Shown here one piece after another: positions 41,610 through 50,424 of a DNA stretch of 50,560 nucleotides; the stretch's first letter is position 1; every line of letters begins with the position of its first letter. The translations under genes were made by a program, and so were the position numbers. This DNA is from Thermodesulfobacteriota bacterium (GTDB lineage Bacteria > Desulfobacterota_D > UBA1144 > Nemesobacterales > N074bin48), in NCBI GenBank assembly GCA_041572575.1, contig JBFFSH010000007.1, positions 1 through 50,560 on the forward strand, in the 5' to 3' direction. The notes below the pieces were generated by a model that made no database searches, was not told the DNA's origin, and saw only the letters and a list, made by a program, of their open reading frames with translations.

Positions 41610-42164
41610 ATGGCACTAACACCCTCAAATATGATCCCACTGGGAACTACAGCACCTGATTTTACACTTCCTGATGCAGTGTCAGGAAATGATATGAATC
41701 TGGAACAGTTAAAGTCAGACAAGGCCACTGTAATAATGTTTATATGCAACCACTGCCCGTATGTAAAGCATGTGCAGAAGGGGCTTGTGGAGCTTGCAAA
41801 TGACTATATATCAAAAGGTGTGTCTTTTATTGCTATTAATTCAAATGATGTAGATAACTATCCTGATGACTCTCCGGAAAACATGAAAAAAGATGCTGAA
41901 AGATTTGGATATCCCTTTCCATATCTTTTTGATGAATCCCAGCAGATTGCAAAGGCCTATGATGCTTCCTGCACGCCTGATTTCTATATATTCGATGCCG
42001 AGCTTAAACTTGTATACCGTGGACAAATGGATGATTCACGACCGGGAAATGGCAGACCCGTTACAGGTAAAGACATCAGAAAGGCTCTGGATCAAATACT
42101 CGAAGGACAATCATTATCTCCCGATCAGATACCGAGTATAGGCTGTAATATAAAGTGGAAATAA
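41610..42164 (+). CDS. Thioredoxin-fold AhpC/TSA-like protein
   Basis: APDFTL, CNHCPYV, CTPDF, YRGQMDD and SIGCNIKW. Confidence 0.92.
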   Translation: MALTPSNMIPLGTTAPDFTLPDAVSGNDMNLEQLKSDKATVIMFICNHCPYVKHVQKGLVELANDYISKGVSFIAINSNDVDNYPDDSPENMKKDAERFGYPFPYLFDESQQIAKAYDASCTPDFYIFDAELKLVYRGQMDDSRPGNGRPVTGKDIRKALDQILEGQSLSPDQIPSIGCNIKWK

Positions 42165-42272
42165 CCCGTATTACTACCCACTAACAGCTAATTATACTTT
42201 CCAGTATTAGTTAAAAATTATACCATCCAACAAATCTAAATTAGAGCTAATTTCCTATTGCCTAATCAATAT

Positions 42273-42288
42273 TTTAGTGCATACTAAA
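42273..42288. promoter_or_regulatory. Putative DtxR/MntR operator 1
   Basis: Palindrome TTTAG-TGCATA-CTAAA overlapping a candidate -10 (CATACT, 42280), with TTGCCT -35 at 42258. Confidence 0.7.
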
Positions 42289-42324
42289 TATTTTATTAGT
42301 CAATACAACAACAAGGAGATTAAA

Positions 42325-43107
42325 ATGAAAAAGTTTATGATAGCACTACCGATTCTATTTATAATCTGTATGCCCAACATTTCATATGGAGTGGGAGGTA
42401 TATCAAACAGCAAGGTTATTGTTCCTAGCGCAGACACAGTACCCAAAAACAGATTTGAGGTTGAACCATTTTTTAGTTTTTCAGCCGTAGATGATGCAGC
42501 CGACTCAAGAAACTATGGGTTTGGCTCAAGGTTTACTTATGGATTTTTGGATAACCTGGAAGCGGGGTTTAATTTAAATTTCCTGGAGATTGAGGATTCT
42601 GACGTTCAGGACAGTAACTCTGATTTTGGAAATATAGAAGCAGGGGTAAAGTACAGGTTAATCGATCAAACAGATAATTTTCCATTTTCACTTGCCTATC
42701 AGGGAGGTGTTACATTTCCCACAGCTGGAGATGATGAGCCCTGGGTGTTTGAGCCTGTAGGGCTTATCCTTACAAGAAACTATACAGATAAATTATCATC
42801 CGATCTGGATGTTGTTTTCAGCTTCGATGAAGATGACAATGTAGCTGTAGTTTCCAATCTGGGCGTGGGATATTTTGTATCTCCCCTACTTCAGCCCGTT
42901 GTAGAGGTTTCATATACATATGAAGATCCTGAAAGCGGCAGCAGCACTGAGGTTTTTAATGGAACTGTGGGGTTTACCTCACCCGTTAATGAGATGCTTA
43001 CGATAATTATGGGTGTAACCTATGATTTATACACAGATAATACTGACGAAGCGTTTACAGTCTCAGCAGCGTTTACAGTCTCAGCAGCGTTTACCTTTTT
43101 ATTCTAG
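42325..43107 (+). CDS. Putative outer-membrane beta-barrel channel
   Basis: AAGGAG RBS before ATG 42325 (preferred over GTG 42277, which lies inside the operator). Signal peptide, FGNIEAGVKY..GGVTFPT, amphipathic strands and C-terminal Phe. Confidence 0.75.
   Translation: MKKFMIALPILFIICMPNISYGVGGISNSKVIVPSADTVPKNRFEVEPFFSFSAVDDAADSRNYGFGSRFTYGFLDNLEAGFNLNFLEIEDSDVQDSNSDFGNIEAGVKYRLIDQTDNFPFSLAYQGGVTFPTAGDDEPWVFEPVGLILTRNYTDKLSSDLDVVFSFDEDDNVAVVSNLGVGYFVSPLLQPVVEVSYTYEDPESGSSTEVFNGTVGFTSPVNEMLTIIMGVTYDLYTDNTDEAFTVSAAFTVSAAFTFLF
43050..43094 (+). repeat. In-frame 18-bp tandem repeat (2.5 copies)
   Basis: AGCGTTTACAGTCTCAGC twice plus AGCGTTTAC, encoding AFTVSA-AFTVSA-AFT. Confidence 0.95.
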
Positions 43108-43143
43108 CAAAAAGCATTTGACAAAGGTCTAAAAAAGATTAAA

Positions 43144-43159
43144 TTTAGACTATACTAAA
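43144..43159. promoter_or_regulatory. Putative DtxR/MntR operator 2
   Basis: Palindrome TTTAG-ACTATA-CTAAA overlapping the TTGACA (43118)-16-TAAATT (43140) promoter of the regulator. Confidence 0.72.
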
Positions 43160-43190
43160 AATATATATTTATTGATCTAAAATAATTATT

Positions 43191-43598
43191 ATGGAAATTA
43201 CACCGACTGTTGAAGATTATCTAAAAACCATTTTCTATTTACAAAAAGATAGTGAGGTGGTTTCTACCTCTTCACTTGCAGAGAGACTCAATATAAAAGA
43301 TGCTTCGGCTACAGCAATGATAAAGAAGCTATCCGAAAACAAATTTATAAACTATGTGTCTCATAAAGGGGTAAATCTAACAGATTCAGGAAAAGAGATC
43401 GCAATTAACATAATAAGAAAGCACAGGATTTTGGAAATATATTTGAATGAAAAACTTAATGTCTCAACGGATAAGGTACACGGCGAAGCTGAAAGGCTCG
43501 AGCATTATGTGTCTGAGGACGTTATGAAAAAAATCGAAAATATAGTAGGCCAGAGGGAATTTGGAATACATGGGGAAAAAATCCCCGTATTAAATTAA
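43191..43598 (+). CDS. mntR: DtxR/MntR-family metal-dependent repressor (short form, no SH3/FeoA domain)
   Basis: VEDYLKTI, wHTH (LAERLNIKDASATAMIKKL), RKHRILE and EAERLEH. Confidence 0.9.
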   Translation: MEITPTVEDYLKTIFYLQKDSEVVSTSSLAERLNIKDASATAMIKKLSENKFINYVSHKGVNLTDSGKEIAINIIRKHRILEIYLNEKLNVSTDKVHGEAERLEHYVSEDVMKKIENIVGQREFGIHGEKIPVLN

Positions 43599-43630
43599 TT
43601 TAAGGAAAATTAAGTACAACTAAAAAAAAG

Positions 43631-45523
43631 ATGAGCACAAAAAAAACATTAATTATAAGCACAGTAGCACTAACAATAGTTACAGCACTTGTTATTAACA
43701 CGAGTGCTCATATTGTTAAAGAACAGCCGTGGCACCCGCTGCCGGCTTCTTATTTAAGATCTGTTTTCTATCTCAATCTAAAACCCATTAACTGGGAACT
43801 TGTAGAAAAAGAGTACAGCTCTCAGGCAGGGTCCGGCTACGATTACAGATCAGTTTATGAAATACTCGACCAGATCACAAAGTTTAGCAACAAAAACTAT
43901 CAGGCAGAAATTAAAGAAGCTATAAGTTCCAAAAACAAAGAAAAAGTTTATCAAATTACAACTAATGCTCTTTCCAATTACATTAGATTTTTACTGTCAA
44001 AAGCTCAGCAGGAGATTGATAATCCTTCAAAGGCTTCTCAGTACATAAGCAATGCAAAAGAGCTATACAGAGCGTTTGAGAAGTTCATTCATAAATATGA
44101 CGAGCAAAACTATGTGATTCTTGGTAAAGCCTGGCTCAATATGAATACGAGCCTGGGATCGAGAGGAGTACTTGGCGCTGCCGAGATAAAACCCGATACA
44201 GCCACATTTACCAAATCTAAGAAGGCTATAGAGGATTACCTTATAGCTAACTATGAAAAGTCAGTAAGAAAGAACGTACTCATACCTGTTCCTCTTAGTG
44301 TTGATAAAAATGATACGAATAAATCAGATTTTGACTGGCTTCCTCCCGGAACCAACTTAAATGATCAGGTTCCACTGCCAAGACTTGTACTTAATTTTGA
44401 AGAACGAGGATTTGATGAAAAAGACCTGTTTTTGGTAGCCTATGGAGATATGCTTTTTGATTCCAAAGAAATTTTCGGAAGCCCTGCAAACGATCTTGGC
44501 ATCGCATGTTCTACGTGTCATAACAGAAGCGACATAAACAAAAGTTTTTTTATTCCCGGAATAAGCCACAAACCGGGCTCAATAGACGTGGACGGGCAAT
44601 TCTTTAACCCTCTCTTTAATGATCACAGGAATGACTCAATAGATATTCCAAGTCTTAGGGGAATAAGATTCACAGCACCCTATGGAAGGGACGGCAGGTT
44701 TGCAAGCCTTAGAGACTTTGTAAGAAATGTAATAGTGAACGAATTTGGAGGGGCCGAGCCTACCCCGCTTATGCTGGATGCGCTTGTTACCTATATGCTC
44801 GAGTTTGACTGGCTTCCATCACAGTATCTAAACCCTGACGGTACTCTCAATGAAAATGCTTCTAAACAGGCCAGAAATGGTGAAAAATTATTTAATAAGA
44901 AGTTTCATTCAATGGGAGGGAGAGCTTGCAGCAGCTGCCACATTCCAAGTTCTAACTTTATAGACGGTCTCAGGCATGATATAGGCTCTGGTAATGCATC
45001 CTCACCAAATGCAAGGGACAGCTTTTTCGATACTCCCACGCTTATAAATATTAAGTACACTGCACCTTATTTTCATGATGGGTCGCTTGAAAACCTTTCA
45101 GATGTGGTGGAGTGGTTTGATAATAAATACAAACTCAAATTAAATGAAAAAGAAAAATCCGATCTCACGGCATATCTTGATGAGGTTGGCACAGGGGAAG
45201 AACCGTTTGAAAATTTTGATTATGAAAACACACAGTTCACCCTGGACTGGTCTGAGCTTTCTACATTTTTAAGCACGCTAAACACACTCATACCTGCTGA
45301 GGATAAATTTCATATTGCCCTGCTCTTAAACACTGTATCAAAAGACCTGAAATTTGATGCAGCGGGGCTTAAAAATCTGGATCAGTCTTCACTTGTGTAT
45401 GAACTTACAGACAAACTGGACAATATATTGGATGCCGTAGAAAAAAATGACTGGCCGACATCTGCATCTTTATGGCTCGAATACAAAGAGCTTGAAAACA
45501 AGTATGGACCTAAATTCAAATAG
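43631..45523 (+). CDS. Exported di-heme cytochrome c, CcP/MauG superfamily, with N- and C-terminal extensions
   Basis: Sec signal; two CxxCH motifs (CSTCH, CSSCH); IPSLRG..TAPYGRDG and TPTLIN..TAPYFHDGS. Confidence 0.88.
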   Translation: MSTKKTLIISTVALTIVTALVINTSAHIVKEQPWHPLPASYLRSVFYLNLKPINWELVEKEYSSQAGSGYDYRSVYEILDQITKFSNKNYQAEIKEAISSKNKEKVYQITTNALSNYIRFLLSKAQQEIDNPSKASQYISNAKELYRAFEKFIHKYDEQNYVILGKAWLNMNTSLGSRGVLGAAEIKPDTATFTKSKKAIEDYLIANYEKSVRKNVLIPVPLSVDKNDTNKSDFDWLPPGTNLNDQVPLPRLVLNFEERGFDEKDLFLVAYGDMLFDSKEIFGSPANDLGIACSTCHNRSDINKSFFIPGISHKPGSIDVDGQFFNPLFNDHRNDSIDIPSLRGIRFTAPYGRDGRFASLRDFVRNVIVNEFGGAEPTPLMLDALVTYMLEFDWLPSQYLNPDGTLNENASKQARNGEKLFNKKFHSMGGRACSSCHIPSSNFIDGLRHDIGSGNASSPNARDSFFDTPTLINIKYTAPYFHDGSLENLSDVVEWFDNKYKLKLNEKEKSDLTAYLDEVGTGEEPFENFDYENTQFTLDWSELSTFLSTLNTLIPAEDKFHIALLLNTVSKDLKFDAAGLKNLDQSSLVYELTDKLDNILDAVEKNDWPTSASLWLEYKELENKYGPKFK

Positions 45524-45536
45524 CAAAGAGGATAAA

Positions 45537-46424
45537 ATGAAAAGACAATTAAAATTAAGTTTAATAATAACATTAGCGGCTGTGATTTTAACAGGGCTAA
45601 ATACTTATGCAGACCTGAAAGAAAACAACAATCAGGATACACTGACCCTTGCATTCATACCACAGGAAAATCCCGAAAAGCTACTTGGTGATATTAAACA
45701 AATTACAAAATATCTTGAAAAAGAAATAGGCGTTACTGTAAAAGGATATGTAACACAGGATCATGCAGCAGCGGTTGAGGCGCTTAGGAGCGGACAGGCC
45801 GATGTTTCATTTATGGGTGGTCTGCCTTATGTCCTTGCTCACAATGAAATAGGTGCAGAGGTATTGCTCTCTGAAGTGTACAGGGGAAGCCCTCTATATA
45901 AAGGAAGAATTTTTGTACGAAGGGACAGCGGGATTAACAGCTTAAAGAATCTCAAGGGTAAAAGCATAGCCTTTGCCGATCCCATATCTGAATCAGGATA
46001 CCTGTATCCGCTAGATCTATTTGTTAAACAGGGATTTTTAGAGCAGGGCGAAGACGCTAATAATTTTTTTAAAACCGTATACTTTGCTGGCGGCTATCAG
46101 CAGGCAATACAGGCTTTGGCAAACGGGCTTGTAGACGCTGCCGGAGTAAGTCAGTTTGCTGACCTTCTTCTCACTGCAGAACAGCTTGCAAAAGTAAAGT
46201 GGATAGCCGAGTCAGAGGACATCCCTTCTCATGTGGTTTGTTCAAGGAAAGGACTTAATCCTGTAATCAAAGAAAATTTCAAAAAAGCGATGCTTAAGTT
46301 AAACAGTTCAGAATATAGCCATTTACTTAAATATGTTTACAGCCCGGATGGATATGTGGAAGCTACACATAAAAATTACGAGCATGTTGAGCAGATGGCA
46401 AAGTTATATGGTTATTTAAAATAA
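45537..46424 (+). CDS. PhnD/PtxB-fold ABC substrate-binding protein with altered ligand residues
   Basis: GAGGA RBS and ATG at 45537, signal peptide; LKGKSIAFADPISESGY, FAGGYQQA and SEDIPSH. Confidence 0.88.
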   Translation: MKRQLKLSLIITLAAVILTGLNTYADLKENNNQDTLTLAFIPQENPEKLLGDIKQITKYLEKEIGVTVKGYVTQDHAAAVEALRSGQADVSFMGGLPYVLAHNEIGAEVLLSEVYRGSPLYKGRIFVRRDSGINSLKNLKGKSIAFADPISESGYLYPLDLFVKQGFLEQGEDANNFFKTVYFAGGYQQAIQALANGLVDAAGVSQFADLLLTAEQLAKVKWIAESEDIPSHVVCSRKGLNPVIKENFKKAMLKLNSSEYSHLLKYVYSPDGYVEATHKNYEHVEQMAKLYGYLK

Positions 46425-46453
46425 CAGGAATCTTAAAAGCGAGGATAAATGAA

Positions 46454-47251
46454 ATGGAAGTTTACATTGGACAGGATAAAAACTCAGTTAGTCGTCTGTA
46501 CTTACAAAAACCTGATGTGGTAATAAGAAAATTAGCCGTCAGATACCCGGGTGAAAACAGCGATGTACTGGACATTGATAATCTCATAATTCCCAAAGCG
46601 CAGACAGTTGGAATAATAGGTTCTAGTGGTGCAGGTAAGACTACATTACTCCGTACTATTGGTGGTTTTATTGAACCCTACTTTGGCTCAGTAGATGTAT
46701 CAGATAATAAAAGGGGCAACATTGGGTTTATATTTCAAAACTTTAACCTAATTGGAAGAAGTACTGTATTTGAAAATGTACTGTTTGGCAGGTTAGGGAA
46801 GACAAACAGAATTAAGAGTTTACTGGGAATGTTCTCTCAAAAAGATAAAGATCTTGCATATGAAGCAATAAAAGAAGTAAATTTATTAGATAAGATAAAT
46901 CAGAGAACCGATACACTAAGTGGAGGAGAAATGCAGAGAACCGCAATTGCAAGGGTGATTACCCAGCAGGCGGGGGTAATACTTGCAGACGAACCTGTGA
47001 GCAATCTAGACCCTGCACTTTCTCATGAAATTTTAGACCTGCTTGTAGAAACAAGCACAAAGCACGGAGCAACTCTTATTATTAATCTTCACCAGCCCGC
47101 ACTTGCAAAAAGATATGTACAAAGAATTATCGGCCTTAGAAAGGGAAGTGTAGTTTTTGATGCCGAGTCGGCAGAGCTTGATAACTCCCATCTTAACTTA
47201 ATTTATGAAACAGAATTCGAATCATCTATTATGTTCGATACTAAAAGTTAA
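46454..47251 (+). CDS. phnC: PhnC-like ABC ATPase
   Basis: GSSGAGKTT, IFQNFNL..TVFENVL.GRL, LSGGEMQR, LADEPVSNLDP and NLHQ. Confidence 0.85.
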   Translation: MEVYIGQDKNSVSRLYLQKPDVVIRKLAVRYPGENSDVLDIDNLIIPKAQTVGIIGSSGAGKTTLLRTIGGFIEPYFGSVDVSDNKRGNIGFIFQNFNLIGRSTVFENVLFGRLGKTNRIKSLLGMFSQKDKDLAYEAIKEVNLLDKINQRTDTLSGGEMQRTAIARVITQQAGVILADEPVSNLDPALSHEILDLLVETSTKHGATLIINLHQPALAKRYVQRIIGLRKGSVVFDAESAELDNSHLNLIYETEFESSIMFDTKS

Positions 47252-47262
47252 ATAACAGTAAT

Positions 47263-48048
47263 GTGAACACAAAAGACTCCCGCTCGATTAAGCCTGCATT
47301 TACCATACAAAGAATTGTAACCATACTTGTACTTGTATTTCTGTTCTTCTGGTCATCGAAAGGCGCTGATTTTCAGACCTCTAAGCTTATTGAAGGTTTG
47401 CCAAGGATGGCCGAATTTTTTTCCCGCATGGTTCCTCCTGATATGAGCGTAGCTCAGACTGTATTCAAATCTACTATCGAGACTATACAGATAGCGCTGT
47501 TTGGAACATTCTTAAGTGCAATAATGTCTTTCTTTGCTGGTATTCTCGCAGCAGAAAATATTACTCCAGCATATATAAACAGACCGGTAAAATGGCTTCT
47601 TGCAATGTTAAGAGGCATACCGGTAATCCTTCTTGCGCTTTTATTTGTAAGCACTGTAGGACTGGGACCTTTTCCAGGGGTACTTGCAATTGCGCTTCAT
47701 TCCACTGGTATGCTCGGCAAATTTTATTCTGAAGCTATGGAAAATGCCAAGATAGGACCTATTGAAGCACTTCAGGCAACAGGGGCTAACTTTGCACAGA
47801 AAATTAGATTTGGTATTTTAACTCAGGTAGCTCCAGATCTTGTACGGGATACTCTATTTAGGTTTGAGCTAAATCTCAGGGAATCTCTTATTCTGGGCCT
47901 TGTAGGTGCAGGAGGTATTGGGTTTTATATATTATTGTATATCCGTTCATTTCAGTACGAAAAAGTGGCTACACTTACACTTGTAGTTCTCATTGCTGTA
48001 GTTATTATAGAGCAAATAAGTATATCTATAAGAAAAAGTTTAAGATAG
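47263..48048 (+). CDS. phnE: PhnE-like ABC permease
   Basis: VGLGPFPGVLAIALHSTGMLGKFYSEAME, RFELNLRES and LGLVGAGGIG. Confidence 0.87.
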   Translation: MNTKDSRSIKPAFTIQRIVTILVLVFLFFWSSKGADFQTSKLIEGLPRMAEFFSRMVPPDMSVAQTVFKSTIETIQIALFGTFLSAIMSFFAGILAAENITPAYINRPVKWLLAMLRGIPVILLALLFVSTVGLGPFPGVLAIALHSTGMLGKFYSEAMENAKIGPIEALQATGANFAQKIRFGILTQVAPDLVRDTLFRFELNLRESLILGLVGAGGIGFYILLYIRSFQYEKVATLTLVVLIAVVIIEQISISIRKSLR

Positions 48049-48140
48049 GCCATCTTGAATTTATTACTCAAAGAATATAATATATAGATTCATTACTATC
48101 ATATAACTTCAACTTATCTTAATAAACATATTATTCTGTT

Positions 48141-48911
48141 ATGAAAATCAAGATATTGGGTTGTTCTGGTGCAAGAAGCACCAAAAGTAATCCTACATGT
48201 TTTTTAATTGATGATAAGATTTTAATCGATGCTGGATCCGTAACAAATAATCTTGAAGACTCAGCTATCAGAAACATCGATCATCTTCTAATTACTCACT
48301 CACACTTTGATCATATAGCTGACCTGCCTTTTTTACTTGAAAAGCTTTTCTGGATCAAAGAGAGTCCATTTACTATCTACTCATCCTCGGAGAGCTGGAA
48401 TACAATAAAATCACATATACTTAATAACAGCGTATGGCCAAACCTGATAGAAATAGCAAAGAGTAAAAATGAACTATTTAAATGGAAGGAATTTTCAAGC
48501 TTAAATTCATTTAAACTATCAAATTACGAAGTTACACCCGTTCGCGTAAACCATATAGTACCAACAGATGGGTTGATCATTGATAACGGGACGTGCTCCT
48601 TTGCTTTTACGGCAGATACATATAAAACAGACCAATTCTGGGAACAATGCAAAAATCAGCAAAACTTAAAAGCAATTATAGCCGGAGTTAGTTTTCCCAA
48701 CCATATGTATGAAACAGCTGAAATCACAAGACATCTAACCCCAGAATTTTTCCATGATGAAGTTAAAAGACTCGGCCGGGATGATATTAAATATTATATC
48801 TCACATATAAAACCTCTGTTTCAAGATGAAGTTCTTAAAGATATAGAGAAGCTTCCTATACAGGAAAACATTGAAATATTAGAAGATGGAAAACTGATAG
48901 AATTAGACTAG
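48141..48911 (+). CDS. MBL-fold hydrolase, class II cyclic-nucleotide phosphodiesterase-like (cytoplasmic)
   Basis: LGCSG, IDAGS, THSHFDH, LNNSVWPN, VNH, TADT, HLTP and SHIKP; no signal peptide. Confidence 0.82.
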   Translation: MKIKILGCSGARSTKSNPTCFLIDDKILIDAGSVTNNLEDSAIRNIDHLLITHSHFDHIADLPFLLEKLFWIKESPFTIYSSSESWNTIKSHILNNSVWPNLIEIAKSKNELFKWKEFSSLNSFKLSNYEVTPVRVNHIVPTDGLIIDNGTCSFAFTADTYKTDQFWEQCKNQQNLKAIIAGVSFPNHMYETAEITRHLTPEFFHDEVKRLGRDDIKYYISHIKPLFQDEVLKDIEKLPIQENIEILEDGKLIELD

Positions 48912-48923
48912 AAGGTTAGAGTA

Positions 48924-49784
48924 TCAGCCTTTTAAAGCTTTATTAAATCTTTTCTTCCTGAGCTCAACTTTTGCATCATCCTGCTCTGAAGCAGGAGCAA
49001 TAGATTTAAGTATGTTTATTCTTTCAGCAAGTCCGGGGTGTGTCTGCAAATCTTCTGATTCTACTTTATTGTGATGCTCTAGTACCTTTTTTTGATAATT
49101 AATCAAAGCTGACGGATCATATGCTGCCCTCTGTAAAAACTTTAAAGCATCACTGTCTGCAGCAAATTCCTGATCCTTATTATATCCTTTTTCAGATACT
49201 GTATTTGTTACTGAATCTACTGAAGATAAGAACGCACCGGAAAAACTAGAGAGATGAAGAGGTGTAAGACTTGCTGCAAATCTAAATGGTTCTAATAAAA
49301 TTGCAGAAAGTACACCTGATTTTCTAGCATCTTCTATAGACAATATACCATCAGGATTATTGATATGCGCAATTTCGTGAGCCAGAACCGCTGCAAGCTC
49401 ATCCTCTGATTCAAGTGTATCAATCAGGCCTTTTGTTACAAACACTACTCCACCTGGACATGCAAAAGCATTAATGTCTTTTGTATCTAAAACACCAAAA
49501 TGGTATCCAGCAGGGATATCAGGATTATCAGAATTTTCGGCAACGGTATTTCCTACCAGATTGAGATATTTTGTTAATTCTTCATCTTCGAGGATAGAAT
49601 AAGTAGATACTATTTTAGCTGCAACTGCCCTGCCAATATAATATTCCTGATCAGGTGTTATACCTTTAGAATTTTCTACAGCAGCCGAAATACGGTTTAA
49701 AGAACGTTCCGGAGCTTTTAAAACCTTCTTTGCTGAACAGCTGGAAAAAATTAATACACAAAGAAATAATATCAAAAATCTCAT
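48924..49784 (-). CDS. M48-family zinc metalloprotease lipoprotein
   Basis: Lipobox FSSC; INAFACPGG, AAVLAHEIAH (HExxH), QEFAAD and THP. Confidence 0.9.
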   Translation of the reverse strand: MRFLILFLCVLIFSSCSAKKVLKAPERSLNRISAAVENSKGITPDQEYYIGRAVAAKIVSTYSILEDEELTKYLNLVGNTVAENSDNPDIPAGYHFGVLDTKDINAFACPGGVVFVTKGLIDTLESEDELAAVLAHEIAHINNPDGILSIEDARKSGVLSAILLEPFRFAASLTPLHLSSFSGAFLSSVDSVTNTVSEKGYNKDQEFAADSDALKFLQRAAYDPSALINYQKKVLEHHNKVESEDLQTHPGLAERINILKSIAPASEQDDAKVELRKKRFNKALKG

Positions 49785-49888
49785 AATTATCTTGTTAATA
49801 CCCCAAATGCATTAATATAAAAAACCCCTAAGTCTGTAATTTTACAGAATATACTTGAGTCTTCTGATTTTACTCTAAAAAAGAAGAA

Positions 49889-50341
49889 TTAAGGTAAGTG
49901 TAAACTTCCTTCCTGAGCAAATTCTGCAAGCTGCTGCTCTGTTACTTCGAAGCTCTCAATAGCTTCCAATATACCAAATTTGGCATTGGGATTAGTAAAA
50001 GTATATAGTTCCTGAAAAAAACCTTTACCAGCTAGTGATACCTCGTTGTAAGATACAATATCATCTGATGAAGTATCGAGATTTGTAAGAGCTACTTTTC
50101 TCTCAGTGATAGCAGAATTATGAATACAGCCTTGTACATCTAAAAAACTCACCCAGTTCCAATCACCTTTTTTATCCAGAATGCTAAGTTCATCATTGTA
50201 ATTCACCTTTGCCTTCACAGGTGAAAAGAATTTACATTCTTCTCTTATAGCATTTACACTTGATAGAACCTTAACTTGTTCTGCATATGAAAAACCAGCC
50301 CCAACCAGTAAAACAGATAAAAATAGTAAAAATCTGGCCAT
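49889..50341 (-). CDS. Exported SH3-like domain protein
   Basis: Signal peptide; SH3b-like segment (IRE..KGDWNWV..GCIH) and EVSLAGKGF motif; GGAGGG RBS. Confidence 0.72.
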   Translation of the reverse strand: MARFLLFLSVLLVGAGFSYAEQVKVLSSVNAIREECKFFSPVKAKVNYNDELSILDKKGDWNWVSFLDVQGCIHNSAITERKVALTNLDTSSDDIVSYNEVSLAGKGFFQELYTFTNPNAKFGILEAIESFEVTEQQLAEFAQEGSLHLP

Positions 50342-50424
50342 TTTTCCCTCCTAAAACCTTTTTTACCCTACTCTCTTAATTTTTATAATTATTATATCTA
50401 ATTTTAAAGACTTATGCCTACCCT

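Noticed and set aside
43050..43094. CRISPR-like repeat
   Set aside because: Direct tandem copies without spacers, inside a CDS; no cas genes in the window.
45537..48048. Straightforward call as a phosphonate (phn) or phosphite (ptx) utilisation operon
   Set aside because: No phnG-M, phnX or ptxD nearby, no Pho box recognised, ligand residues altered and regulatory context is MntR. The phnC/phnE symbols denote family only.
49834..49849. Palindrome TCTGTAA-TT-TTACAGA between the SH3 and M48 genes
   Set aside because: Single short AT-rich instance with no second copy noticed; function cannot be assigned.
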